A DNA stretch of 64,000 nucleotides from Sphyrna mokarran. Lineage: Eukaryota. The position numbers and the translations under genes were made by a program. The stretch covers positions 68,076,001-68,140,000 of the forward strand of contig JAGIQG010000009.1 of the NCBI GenBank assembly GCA_024679065.1, given 5' to 3'. Shown here one piece after another: positions 25,492 to 37,735 of the stretch. Within the stretch, counting starts at the first letter, position 1. Every line of letters begins with the position of its first letter. The notes under the pieces were generated by a model. It ran no database searches. It was not told the DNA's origin and saw only the letters and a program-made list of their open reading frames with translations.

Positions 25492-27050
25492 CTGTTGTTG
25501 TTCGTCCATCGTCACTGATGAGGATCTCGAAACCATTAGTCAATTTGAGACTGGTTGTAGCACGTCCGAAGATGACTGATCAGGCCAATTCGGGCACAGA
25601 ATGTCCCGGCACATATTGGACAGACTTGTGTTGACACTGTAGGTGTTGCGCTGGTGGCTCTGGACTTGCGCAACTTGCAGTTAAGTTGTGCTTCAGCAAT
25701 ACACCTTGCTTCGTGAGCTTGACAGCCTTTGTGGATGGGGCAGCGCCAGGTAGGGCAGTTTTGTGCCAGCATTTCCTAGGCGGTCGTGTCAATGTCAAGC
25801 GACTTCAGGGAGGCCTTGAGTGTGTCTTTGAAATGTTTCTTCTGCCCTCCACGTGAGCGTCTTCCAGCAGAGAGTTCCCCAAAAAGTAACTGCTTGGGTA
25901 TGTGTTCGTCTGACATTCAGATGACTTGACCTGCCAGCGGGTGTGCGCTCTCATCAGCGGTGTGTGGACTGATGATAGACTTGCTCTAGAGAGAACTTCA
26001 GTGTCTGGTACTTTGTTTCATCATCGGATGCGTAATATTCTGTGAAGACAAATCATGTGGAAATGATTGAGCTGTCTTGCATGCCTTTGGTACACAGTCC
26101 ATGTTTCACAGACATACAGGAGGGTAGTGAGTACCATGGTGCTGTAGACCTTCAGTTTTGTTGCTGGGCTGATTTCTTGTTCCCATACAGTGGAGTGCAG
26201 TCTACCGAAAGCAGAACTTGCCTTTGCTTTTCTGCAGTTAACTTCTGCATCAATAGTCACTGCTTGGGAGAGGGTGCTGCCGAGATAAGTGAACTGGTCT
26301 GCTGCTTGTAGTTTCTGCCCTTTGATTGTGATTATGGATTCTGTGTACGGTGCATGATGAGCAGGCTGGTGCATGGCTTCAGTCTTTTTAATGTTGATGG
26401 TGAGTCCAAAGTTGTCAAAGCCATGGAAAATTTGTCAATATTGACTTGCACCTCTGGCTCTGAGCCAGCATACACAACGCAGTCATCGGCAAAGAGGAAA
26501 TCTCTCAGAACAGCCTCCTTCACTTTGATAATAGCTTGAAGTCTCTTCAGGTTGAAGAGCTTCCCATCCACTCTGTACTTGAGGCTGATTCCAGCAACAC
26601 TGTACTGGAAGGTATCATTCAGCATGGCAGTAAACACCATGCTGAACAGTGTGAGTGTGAGCACACAGCCCTGATTGGTGCCATTAGTGACTGGGAATGC
26701 CTCAGAGGATTCTCCGCCATCCAGTACTCTGGCCATCATGCCATCATAGAACTGGCATACCATCTGAATGAACTTGAGGCGGGGGGGCAGCTGAACTTGA
26801 CATGATTCTCTACAGGCCTTGTTGGCTTACAGTGTCAAAGGCTTTCCCAAGGTCAACAAACGTTGTTTAGAGCTTGCGATTCTGCTCCTGACACTTTTTT
26901 CTGAAGTTGGTGCGCAGCAAAAATCATGTCAGTAGTCCCATGACCTTTGCAGAAGCCACACTGTGACTCTGGAAACAGACCCAGCTCCAGATGAGTGACC
27001 AGACAATTTAGCAGGACTGTTACATGCAACATAACACTCTCTCCCAATAT
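25492..27050 (-). mobile_element. RTE-clade (BovB-like) LINE, 5'-truncated
   Basis: PESQCGFCKGHGTTDMIFAA, VTNGTNQGCVL, FLFADDC, FTYLGSTLS and C-terminal zinc finger CPICAGTFCARIGLISHLRT; 3' end GATGGACG(AAC)n. Confidence 0.93.
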
Positions 27051-27204
27051 AAGGACAGGATGATTGTGACATTCGACATGAAATGAAAACTGACTTCAAT
27101 AAGTCACCTTTTATAAAAGAAATAGCGATAATGGAAGTCATTCTTTACTGGTTTTATTATGAAAGTTACTAGTGAAGTACTCTTTATTGCCTGAGTTTAT
27201 AGAT

Positions 27205-28740
27205 GTCATAGAGGCTTACAGCATGGAAACAGGCCCTTCGGCCCAACTTGGTCATGCCATCCTTTTTTTAACCACTGAGTTAGTCTCAGTTGTTTGCGTT
27301 TGGCCTAAATCCCTCTATACCCATCTTAATCATGTCATTATCTAAATGCTTCTTCAAAGACAAAATTGTACTTGCCTCTACTATTGCCTCTGGCAGCTTG
27401 TTCCAGATGCTCCCCACCCTCTGTGTGAAAAAATTGCCCCTCTGGACCCTTTTGTATTTCTCCCCTCTCACCTTAAACCTATGCCCTCTGGAGAATAGAG
27501 GGAAAAGATATTGACTATCTAGCTGATCTATGCCCCACATTAATTTATAGACCTCTATAAGATTACCTCTAAGCCTCCTACGTCCAGGGAAAAAAAGTCC
27601 CAGTCTGTCTAGCCTCTCCTTATAACAGAAACCATCAAGTCCCAGTAGCACCCTAGTAAATTTTTTCTGCACTATTTCTGATTTAATAATATGTTTTTTA
27701 TAAGAGGATGACCAGAACTGTGCACAGTATTCCAAGTGTTGGCTTACTAATGTTTTGTACAACTTTAACAAGATGTCACAATTCCTGTATTTAATGTTCT
27801 GACCAATGAAACATAGCATACCGAATGCCTTCTTCACCATCCTGTCCACCCGTGACTCCACTTTCAAGGAGGTATGAACGTGTGCTCCTAGATCTCTTTG
27901 TTCTATAACTCTTCCCAATGCTCATCCATTAACTGAATAAATCCTGCCCTGATTCAATCTACCAAAATGCATTAGCTCACATTTATCTAAATTAAACTCC
28001 AAGTGCCATTCATCGGCCCACTGGCCCAATTGATCAAGATCCCATTGCAATACTTGATAACCTTCTTCACTGTCCACTATGCCACCAGCCTTGATGTCGT
28101 CTGCAAATTTACTTCACCATGCTGCCTTTTTTCTCATCCAAATCATTAATATAAATGAGAAGTAACAATGGACGAAACACTGATCTTTGAGACAACCTCT
28201 GGTCACAGGCCTTCAGTTTGAAAAACAACCCTTGACAACTACCCTCTATTTTCTGTCATCAAGACAACTTTGTACCCATTTGGCTACCTCACTCTGGATC
28301 CCGTGAGATTTAACCTCATGCAACAACCTACCATGCGGTACTTTGTCAAAGGTCTTGCTAAAGTCCATGTAGATAACATCACTGTCCTCATCTATCTTCT
28401 TCGTTACCCCTCCAAAAATCTCAATCAAATTTGTGAGGCATGATTTTTCACTCACAAAGCATGCTGACTATCCCTAATCTGTCCTTACCTCTCTTAATGC
28501 CTGCAGATCCTCTGCCTCAGAATACCTTCTAACAACTTACCCAATACAGAAATTTTAATAACTTAACCACTCAGTTGCCTGTAGTTCCCAGGCTTTTCCC
28601 TGCAGCTATTCTTAAACAAAGGCACATCTGTCACTTTCCAATCTTCAGGCACCTCACCTGTGGCTGTCGATGGTAAATATATCTGCCAGGGAACCCACAA
28701 TTTCCTCCCTAGCCTTCTACAGCATCCTGGATACACTTCA
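27205..28740 (-). mobile_element. CR1 LINE 3' part (5' part continues at 32123-32720)
   Basis: 210-aa ORF with CR1 C-terminal motifs. The host sequence ...GATACACTTCA resumes as ACTTCATCAGGTCCTGGGG after the younger insertion. Confidence 0.9.
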
Positions 28741-31700
28741 AAGAACAAAGAACAAAGAACAACACAGCACGGGAAACAGGCCCTTCGGCCCAACGAGCCC
28801 GCGCCGCCATCCTAACGTCTTAATGACATATAGAGACCAATATAGGGACAATTTGTTACCCAATCAGCCTAAGAGCACATTTTTGGGATGTGGGAGGAAA
28901 CCGGAGCACCCGGAGAAAACCCACGCAACCACGGGGAGAACGCGCAAACTCCCGCAGACACAGGCCCAAATCCATGTGTCTGCACAGCAACAGCGATAGT
29001 CTCTGAGCTGTCATGTTGCCCATCTGATGGTCCAGTTTAAGCATACACTAACGACATGAAGCACTAGGCCACTCCTGAAGTAACATCCAAGAGCAGCCCT
29101 CGCACGACCTGCCGAATGCATGCGCCTTGTTGGTCAACAAGGTGGACTGAATAGCCTGTGGAAACAAATAAAGTATTTAAACAGTCCTCCTATATCCCTC
29201 TATCTGCAGACTGCTCATGTGGCTGTCCAAGAGACCCTTAAACAACCCTAGCGTGCCTGTTCCCACCACCCCACTCGGTAGTGCATTCCACACCCTCACT
29301 ACCCTTTGTGTGGAAAAAATGCCCTCTAATATTAGTCTTATACATAGCCCCCCTCACCCTAAGGCTGTGACCCCTCGTTCTATCCGATTCTAATGGTGGA
29401 AAAAGCTTACCACCATTTACTCTATCTATACCCCTCATAATCTTATATACCTCTAAAAGATCCCCTCTCAGCCGACGTCTTTCAAGGGAAAACAACCCAG
29501 TGTTTTCAATCTTTCCTCATAAGACAGCCCTTCCATACCAGGCAGCATCTTGGTAAATCTCCTCTGCACTCTCTCCAGGGCCTCTACATCCTTCCTGTAG
29601 TACGGCGACCAGAACTGGACGCAGTACTCCAGATGAGGCCTAACCAACATTCTATACACCTGCAACATCAGACTCCTACTCTTGTATTCTATACCCCTTC
29701 CTATGAAGGCTAACATACCATACGCTTTATTTATCACTTTTTCCACCTGTACTGACACCTTCAGAGACTTGTGAACCTGCACCCCCAGGTCTCTCTGCGT
29801 CTCTATACTCCGGATAGTTTTACCTTTTATCCTATAATCCCCTCTACATTATTCCGGCCAAAATGCATCACCTTGCATTTATCCGGATTAAATTCCATTT
29901 GCCATCTATCTGCCCAGTCTACCAGCCTATCTATGTCCTGTTGTATTGCCTGGCACTGCTCCTCAGTCCCCGCCAATCCAAGTATGTTAGTGTCATCAGC
30001 AAATTTGCTGATCACACCACCTACCCCCTCTTCCAAGTCATTTATATAAATCACAAATAGAAGCGGTCCTAGTACTGAGCCCTGTGGCACACCACTAGTG
30101 ACTGACCTCCAGTTGGAAAAAGAGCCTTCCCCTAATACCCGCTGTCTCCTCCTCCCAAGCCAGTTCTCAACCCATCTACATACCTGGCCCTGTATCCCAT
30201 GCGCCTTCACCTTTTTTATCAGCCTACCATGGGGAACCTTGTCAAACGCTTTACTGAAATCCAAGTAGACGACATCAACGGCTTGTCCTTCATCAACCGT
30301 TTTTGTCACCTCTTCAAAAAAATCCACTAGATTCGTAAGGCACGACCTCCCCTTAACGAAGCCATGCTGCGTATCCCTGATCAGATCGCAGCGCTCCAGA
30401 TGCTCATACATCCTGTCCCTAAGGATCCTCTCCATTAGCTTACCTATAACTGAAGTCAAGCTCACCGGCCTATAGTTCCCTGGATGATCCCTCTGACCTT
30501 TTTTAAACAACGGTACTACATTTGCTATCCTCCAGTCCTCTGGGACCTCACCTGTGTCCAAAGAAGAGACAAAGATTTGCGTCAGAGGCCCAGCAATGTC
30601 ATCTCTCACCTCCCTTAGCAGCCTGGGATAAATACCATCAGGCCCCGGGGCTTTATAAGTCTTTATGCTACCTAAAAGCCCCAACACTTCGTCCCTCGTA
30701 ATGATTATTTCCTTTAACGGGTCCTCAAAATCCTCAAAGCCGGCATCAGACATCAGGACCCTCTCCTTTGTGAATACCGACGCAAAGTATTCATTCAGGA
30801 TCTCCCCCATTCCCTCAGGGTCTAAGCATAGTTCCCCTCCTCTGTCCCTGAGAGGTCCAATCTTCCCTCTAACCATCCTTTTGCTCCTTACATAGGAGTA
30901 AAATGCCCTAGGATTTTCCTTAATCCTACCTGCCAAAGCCATTTCGTGGCCCCTTTTTGCCTTTCTGACCCCCCTTTTAATATCCCGTCTACACTCTCTA
31001 TATTTTTCCAGCGCTGCCTCTGTCCCCAGTTGCCTGGATCTAACGTACGCCTCCCGCTTCTTCCTGCCCAAGTCCTCAACATCCCTAGTAACCCACGGTT
31101 CTCTAATCCTACCTTTCCCATCCTTCCTCCTTACCGGCACGTGTCTTTCCTGCAAAAATTTTAGTTTTCCCTTGAAAGACTCCCACATGTGCAGCGTCGA
31201 CCTACCCTCGAACAGCTTATCCCAGTCGGTATCCCTAAGATCCTGCCTAATCTGGCTATATCTAGCCTTCCCCCAGTTTAACACCCTCCCCTTAGGGCAG
31301 GCTTCATCTTTTTCCATTAATACCCTAAAGCAGACAGAGTTGTGGTCACTATTAGACACATGCTCTCCTACTACAACATCAACCACCTGCCCTGGCTCAT
31401 TCCCCAGAGCCAGATCCAGTATAGCCCCCTCTCTAGTCAGGCTATCCACATACTGCTCCAAGGACCCTTCTAAAACACAGTGTACAAATTCCTCCCCGTC
31501 CGCACCTTCCACTCTCGGCACCTTCCAATCTACCCCAGGGAAATTGAAATATCCCATTACAACTACCCTATTCTTCCTACACTTATCTAAAACTTCCTTA
31601 CATATCCCTTCTTCCACGGCCCGCGGACTGTTGGGCAGTCTGTAGTACACACCCAACATAGTAACCTCTCCCTTCCTATTCCTCAACTCCACCAATAGCG

Positions 31701-32122
31701 ACTCAATTCCTAACTCAGCCATACCACCCTCCTTCTGCACTGCTATGATGTGATCCTTAACTAATAACGCCACCCCCCCCTCCTCTCCTCAAACCACCTC
31801 TATCATGCCTAAAACACTTATACCCCGGAATATTCAATTGCCAGTCCTGCCCTTCCTTTAGCCACGTCTCAGTCACCGCCACCATTCTAACTTCCTCTCG
31901 AACATTATTGCCTTCAGTTCATCTGTTTTGCCAGTCACACTCCTCGCATTAAAACACATGCACTGAAGGCCCTCAGGCACACTCTGATCTTCCCTCCTAC
32001 TCTCCAGAGTTACCCTGTCACCAATCTCTCTCCCACTCCCATTCCCTCTACCTCCCCACCCTACCTCCATATTAGTTTAAACCCTGCCGAAAAACTCCAG
32101 CTAACCTCCCAGCTAAAATATG
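28741..32122 (-). mobile_element. Young CR1 LINE with near-complete ORF2 and extended 3' UTR, flanked by 6-bp TSD ACTTCA
   Basis: ACTTCA at 28735-28740 and 32123-32128; (GAACAAA)n tail on plus; ORF2 runs from CFNARSV (~31960) to TAA at 29177-29179 with a few frameshifts. Confidence 0.93.
29827..31773 (-). CDS. CR1 ORF2 (APE endonuclease C-terminal half plus reverse transcriptase), 648-aa open stretch, frameshifted at both ends
   Basis: GVYYRLPN, MGYFNFP, LDLALGNE, SDHN, KAPGPDG, NYRPVSLTS, YLDFSKAFDKV, GVPQGSVLGP, KFADD. Confidence 0.92.
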   Translation of the reverse strand: MALLVKDHIIAVQKEGGMAELGIESLLVELRNRKGEVTMLGVYYRLPNSPRAVEEGICKEVLDKCRKNRVVVMGYFNFPGVDWKVPRVEGADGEEFVHCVLEGSLEQYVDSLTREGAILDLALGNEPGQVVDVVVGEHVSNSDHNSVCFRVLMEKDEACPKGRVLNWGKARYSQIRQDLRDTDWDKLFEGRSTLHMWESFKGKLKFLQERHVPVRRKDGKGRIREPWVTRDVEDLGRKKREAYVRSRQLGTEAALEKYRECRRDIKRGVRKAKRGHEMALAGRIKENPRAFYSYVRSKRMVRGKIGPLRDRGGELCLDPEGMGEILNEYFASVFTKERVLMSDAGFEDFEDPLKEIIITRDEVLGLLGSIKTYKAPGPDGIYPRLLREVRDDIAGPLTQIFVSSLDTGEVPEDWRIANVVPLFKKGQRDHPGNYRPVSLTSVIGKLMERILRDRMYEHLERCDLIRDTQHGFVKGRSCLTNLVDFFEEVTKTVDEGQAVDVVYLDFSKAFDKVPHGRLIKKVKAHGIQGQVCRWVENWLGRRRQRVLGEGSFSNWRSVTSGVPQGSVLGPLLFVIYINDLEEGVGGVISKFADDTNILGLAGTEEQCQAIQQDIDRLVDWADRWQMEFNPDKCKVMHFGRNNVEGIIG

Positions 32123-32720
32123 ACTTCATCAGGTCCTGGGGATTTATTTATTTTGATGCACTTTAAGACTTCCACCATCTTCTTCTCTGCAATATGTACA
32201 CTCCTCATGACATAACTATTTATTTCCCCAAGTTCCCTAACATCTATGCCTTTCTCAACAGTAAATACTGATGAAAATTATTCATTCAGGATCTCACCCA
32301 TCTCTTGTGGACCTGCACATAGATGACCTCGTTGATCCTTAAGAGGCCCAGTCTCTCCCCAGTTACTCTTTAGCCCTTTATGCATTGTAGAAGCCCTTTA
32401 GATTGTCCCTTGTCTTATTTGCCAAAGCAATCTCGTTTCCCTTTTTGCCCTCCTTATTTCTCTCTTAACTTTACACCTATATCCTCTATGTGCCTCAAGA
32501 GATCCACTTAATCCCAGCTGCCTATAAATGTCATGTGTCTCTTCTTCTGTTTGACCAGGGCCTCAATATCCCAAGTCATCCAGGTTTCCTTCCTTCTACC
32601 AGCCTTGCCCATCACTCTAACAGGAATGTGCTTCCCCTGAACCCTGGTTAACATACTTTTGAAAGCCTCCCACTTACTGTTGCCTGCCAACAGACTCCCC
32701 CAAAGGACTTTTGATCCCAT
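32123..32720 (-). mobile_element. CR1 host element, 5' continuation of 27205-28740
   Basis: KWEAFKSMLTRVQGKHIPVR..W..WDIEALVK linker-region motifs. Confidence 0.85.
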
Positions 32721-32759
32721 TTAATTGGACAGCCAGTTTCATCAGATTTTGAAGTGAAA

Positions 32760-33308
32760 CTACTCTGTTATAATGGCCCCTAAGGGATAGGGCTGTGGGA
32801 TAATGGTTCCACATTGCGAGTAAAAGATTTGAGTCACACTGGATCTCTCAATAGGCCTCTCCCCCTCTGGTGTTGCACCTTGGTACTGCCCAATGCCCGG
32901 TGGTCAATGCCCAAGTGACTGAAGATATTACCAGATCACCCCTGATTTCCTGGTTGGGGGGGGGGGGGATACCTCAATGGCTTCTCTTCACTCCAGTGGG
33001 GTTGGCCGCCTGTCCCCCATTAGTGGCAAGCAGTTATAAACCCCATTAGAGTGAACTATTTCTGGCATGGACACGGGGAGAGGCTAGTCAATCCAGAGAC
33101 TTAAGTCCCAGGTCTGCTAATCAAATGGAAATCCAGGTTATCATATTAAAATCAGCTCAATATTGATTTTCGGTACGGAGTGGATTATTCTGAAAATCTT
33201 CAGTTGGGAGACTGAGGGATGTCTGGATGTCCAGCAGGAAGCCTGGGAAATGGCTTCTACTGATGTCTCCTGGCCGAGCTGCACAGCAGAGTGGGAGAAT
33301 CGCCCCCG
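32760..33308. mobile_element. Non-autonomous Harbinger-like fragment
   Basis: GC-rich, ends in GTGGGAGAATCGCCCC (TIR-like); a similar end GGGAGAATCCCGAC occurs at ~35070-35083. Confidence 0.5.
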
Positions 33309-35364
33309 TCAACTTTTTTAAAACCAGATTTTCTTTTAACACTGAATTCAAATTCTCAACCTGCCATAACAGGATATGAATTTGTGTCCTCAACAATTAT
33401 CAATCCAGGAATGCATCTTACATTATTAGTCGATTGTATCCATAAAAACCCTCATAGCAGCTTATGCATCCCTTTTTAACAGCACAGTGGATATTCCTAG
33501 AATGGACTGCAGTGGTTCAAGACGCGAATCACCACCATCTTTTCAAGACTAATCCTCAGGAGATGGGCAACAAATGCTGGCCTAGCTAGTGATGTTCTCA
33601 CATCCTATGAAATAATTTTAAAAATGTGAGAGAGGGGGAAATAAAATTAGATACTGTAGATTGTTTGAGACATTGAAGGCTAATTAATATTCAGCAAAAC
33701 ACTCACACCTTAAGGATTGGAATATGCCAGTGTCTTATTAACAGTGGAAGATGAATAGCGCAGCAAGTTCAAAGGCCGCAGAGCCTGCTCACAAAATAGA
33801 ATCTGTACAGTGTAGGAGGCCATTCAGCCCATCAAATCAGTACCGTCTCTCCAACAAAGCATCCTACCCAGAAACTATCTTTGTGATTTCGCATATTTAC
33901 TCCACTAATCTCTCTAACCTACACATTCTGGGACACTAAGAAGCAATTTAGCATAGCCAATCAACTGCAGAAGCACATAGTTCTCAATACTGTGTGCATT
34001 AGAGTATCCAGTTCATTTAACATGGGGAGCTTTTGCTCTAGTTTGTAGATCAATCTATTGTATGAGTAGCATTTGAACAGAAAAGTCCTTAATTTCAAGG
34101 AATATGTAATTATGGAGGAGACTGGTGATGCTAAAATCAAAAGAATAACACATACAGACATAGAATGAGTAACAGTTACAATGAAGCCATCATTTGAACC
34201 CATTTAAAGGCTTGAATCTCAGGGGCTGTATTAGACAGTGCTGTAAACCAGATTGGAACTTGTGATGCATAATTACCCCAATGTACAATTATGCTTTCAG
34301 TGTTATGAGGGCAGCACGCTGCCTTTGTGCTGTCTGCTCATTACCATAGCATCCAATCAACATTTACTTTGTGCTGCTGTTAATTGGAGTGTTAAGCTCC
34401 AGAATAGCAGTATTGGCATGAAATTTGCATTACATACTGAATGATGGTCATGATCTGCCTACTCTGCATGTTTCCAGCAGAAGCTTGATATCCTTACCCA
34501 CATGGGGAGAGTGTTAGCAGGTGAAAGGATGCCTTGTAAGTGGGAGGTTTTTCAAAAGTGTGTTAAATAGGGTTCAGGTAAGCATATTCCTTTTAGAATA
34601 AAGGGCAAAGTTGGTAAAAGTAGGGAACTCTGGATGACTCAGATATTGAGGCTCTGATCAAGAAGGAGAAGGAGGCACATCACATATGCAGGCAGCTGGG
34701 GTCAAGCCCACAGCCATCCCCCATGCACCTCCTCCACTTCTCCCCCAGTAACAGGTCCTGCCAGAATAGGCAGAGGGAGTGGGTTGTGGGGCTGGTCAGC
34801 AATTAGGCTGGCCAGCGATTGGGAGGCCAGCAGTGCAGTGCTACTGTACACGCGCTGATCTCCGCTCTGACAGATTGGTGAATGTGCCGTGGTCCACTCA
34901 GCGCTATGTTGCCGGCCTCTTGGGCAGAAATAGGCCTGATTTTCAGAGGGCAACTTGCTGGCACTCTGTGATATACAGAGTGTGGGAGGTTCAACCTGAA
35001 AATCACGCTAAACAAATTGGCGGGAGTTATTCCCCTTTTCATGCGAATTGGAGACTTAGAATTTTTTTGGGAGAATCCCGACAGAAATCAGCAAAATTAA
35101 CCTTAAAGCTCTTTGGGTTGTAACGTTAAACCCAATTGATTCACTGACATCCTATTAGTCAGGCCCACTGGTCATGCCAATATGTGACTCTAATCTCACA
35201 TCAAGGACTTCTAACTGTGCTCTGAAATGTCCAAGCAAGATATTCAGTTGTATCATTGTCCATTCAGGGTATCTGCAATTGGACAAAGAATGTCAGCCTT
35301 GCATTCAACATTCCAATTAAATGAACATTCCATGTGATCCAAACCTTACTTAATAGTAACTTAG

Positions 35365-35685
35365 TAACTTGGTCAGCACTGCTGCCTCTCAGCGTCAGTG
35401 ACCCAGGTTCAATTCCACCTTGGGTAACTCTCTGTTTGAAGTTTGTACTTTCTCCTTATGTCTGCGTAGGTTTCCTTTGGGTGCTTCAGTTTCCTCCCAC
35501 AGTTCAAAGATGTATGGGTTAGGCTGATTGTCTATGCTAAATTGCTCCTTAGTGTCCGAGAATGTGTAGGTTAGAGGGATTAACGGGGTAAATATGCGAG
35601 GTCATGGGGATATGTTCTTCTGGAGAGTCAGTACTGACTTGATGGGCTAAATGGCCTTCATCACTATAGGAATTCTATTCTATGA
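35365..35685 (+). mobile_element. tRNA-derived V-domain SINE with CR1-type tail (HE1-like)
   Basis: GGTCAGCACTGCTGCCTC..GACCCAGGTTCAATTCC (B box), V core, ATTCTATTCTATG tail. Confidence 0.85.
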
Positions 35686-35849
35686 GTAGACTCTGTGTGG
35701 TCTCTTGAACTCACTGCACTATTCAATAACTGTTGTGACTGTGGCCTTAAGTTGACTTTCCTGCCTGCTTTCCGTAAATTTTGGATTCCTTGTAGATTGA
35801 AGTGTTGATCCTAAGCCATATATTCTCATATATTAGCTCAGTGGAATAG

Positions 35850-35950
35850 GAACATAAAATGTTGGAAAAAATCTCAGCAGGTCTGGCAGCATCTGTGGGG
35901 AGAGAAACAGAATTAATGTTTCAGGTCTGTATAACTCATCTTCAGGACAT
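35850..35950 (-). mobile_element. Penelope-type 3' terminal fragment with degenerate hammerhead-like core
   Basis: Minus strand CTGAAGA-TGAGTTATACAGACCT-GAAACATTA...ACAGATGCTGCCAGACCTGCTGAG. Confidence 0.6.
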
Positions 35951-36727
35951 TGAAGGTTCATGAAGGTGTTATATAAAGATTTGAGAAACCAGATGATTTT
36001 TGAAGTAAAATGTTGTCCCTTGCTACATCTCTGTTATTGCAGTGCAGATGGAATTTCTGAATTAAAACAGTAATTGAGGAGGAAAGAATGACAGAAAGAA
36101 ATTGGCAAGAGCACAAACAGGAGGCACATACGCAGCCAATTTCATTCATTTATCTTGATTTCAGAGTGAGCCATTTATCTTTTGATCGGAGTTAAGCCAA
36201 CTTTGGCAGCCGGTGAATTTGCACACATTGGAGAATTTTCTCTTGCAGATGTTAGTCATCAGTTGAATGTTTGAAACTTAACCAGTTCTGCAAACAACTG
36301 TGGAAACATTTTCCATTTAAAAAAAACTGTTGGGGGAAATGACAAAAATTGCAAAAAAGCTGGGTGCACATATGTGCTCGCATATTCAAAAGGAAAGTTT
36401 TGCAAGTAACATCAACCTGACTCTTTTATATATTGACATGTGAGCGAGAAAAATGATTCAGTGCTAAAAGCATTAGCCGAGAAAAATAGGGTGGAAGTGT
36501 GGATTGAAAATTGTCTTCAATCACTGCAAGGGAATTTTGATCAACAAGCAATACTATAGCTGAAACCTATACATCTGAAGGATAATGCCAGGAGCCAAGA
36601 GCCCCAAGAAAATTTACTGGGCAAAATGAAATAATGATTATTTCATTAACACTATGGGCAGTAAAATGACAGGGTATGATTGGGGATTTATTTTGGATGT
36701 GTTCCAGCTAGCTCCATGATGGACACT

Positions 36728-37040
36728 TGGGATGGCGCAGTGACATAATGCTTAACAAGGCTGCCTCACAGCACCAGGGATCCAGGTTCAATTTTCAACT
36801 TGGTTCACTGTCTGTGTGGAGTTCGCACATTCTCCTCATGTCTGGATGGGCTTCCTCTGGATGCTCTGGTTTCCTCCCACAGTCCAAAGATGCACTGTTT
36901 AGGTGCATTGGCTATGCTAAATTCTCCCTCTGTACATCCAAACAGGCACTAGAGTGTGGCAACTAGGGAATTTTCACAATAACTTCATTGTAGTGTTAAT
37001 GTAAACTGACTTGTGACTAATAAGTAATCTTTAAACTTTG
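36728..37040 (+). mobile_element. tRNA-derived V-domain SINE
   Basis: Head GGGATGGCGCAGTG..GCTGCCTCACAGCACCAGGGATCCAGGTTCAAT, V core, TGTTAATGTAA..CTTGTGACTAATAA tail. Confidence 0.85.
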
Positions 37041-37451
37041 AAACTTGTGATGTTGAATTCTGCCCTTGGATATTCCACATCACAACAGCACTTGAAGTGC
37101 CCCTGATGTCATATTATTTCGAGCACTCAATAGACTGTAAGGAAAGCAGCGGAGACTTGCAGAGGCTGTAAGAAGAAGGCAGGTATTCCAGAACAGAACT
37201 TTTCACCTGAATCTCACTCATGTGTGAGGAAGCTACATTTCAACTGGGGGACTGTCATGACTCAACTGTTGAAGAATTCTAGTCTAATAAATCAGGAATT
37301 ACAATCCAACACATGGTCCACATGGCAGTGAATATCAATGGGGTTCTAATATTTTATGCCTCATGACTCCATCAACAACATCAGTCATTCTGCAATCAAC
37401 ACAAGATGACTGATGTGTTGTTTGAGAAGTGACCACAGTTTATTAGCTTTG

Positions 37452-37735
37452 GGGAAGCAATGGTCTAGTGGTATTATTGTCGGACTATTCATTCAGAAAC
37501 TCAGCGAATATTCTGGGGACCCATGGCAAATGGTGGAATTTGATTGTAGTAAAAACCCATCTGGTTCACTGATGTCTTTTAGGGAAGGAAACCTGCCATC
37601 CTTACCTGGTTTGGTCTATATATGACCCCAGAGTCACAGCAATATGGTTGACTGTCAACTGCCTTTGGGCAACTAGGAATGGGCAATAAATGTTGGCCAA
37701 ACAACAATGCCCATGTTCCACTAATGTATAAAAAA
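37452..37735 (+). mobile_element. tRNA-derived SINE, second family
   Basis: AATGGTCTAGTGGTA head, CATCTGGTTCACTGATGTCTTTTAGGGAAGGAAA core, GGGCAATAAATGTTGGCC tail. Confidence 0.75.

Noticed and set aside
25515-25540. CTGATGA-GGATCTC-GAAAC-CATTA-GTC hammerhead-like match
   Set aside because: No stem I pairing between the flanks, and it is antisense to the normal RTE 3' end; probably chance.
29827-31773. Active autonomous LINE copy
   Set aside because: Frameshifts flank the 648-aa stretch, the endonuclease GDFN motif reads GYFN, and ORF1 and the 5' UTR are truncated.
36040-36170. Plus-strand acceptor/donor pair suggesting an exon
   Set aside because: All three frames from the acceptor contain stops, and the donor is weak.
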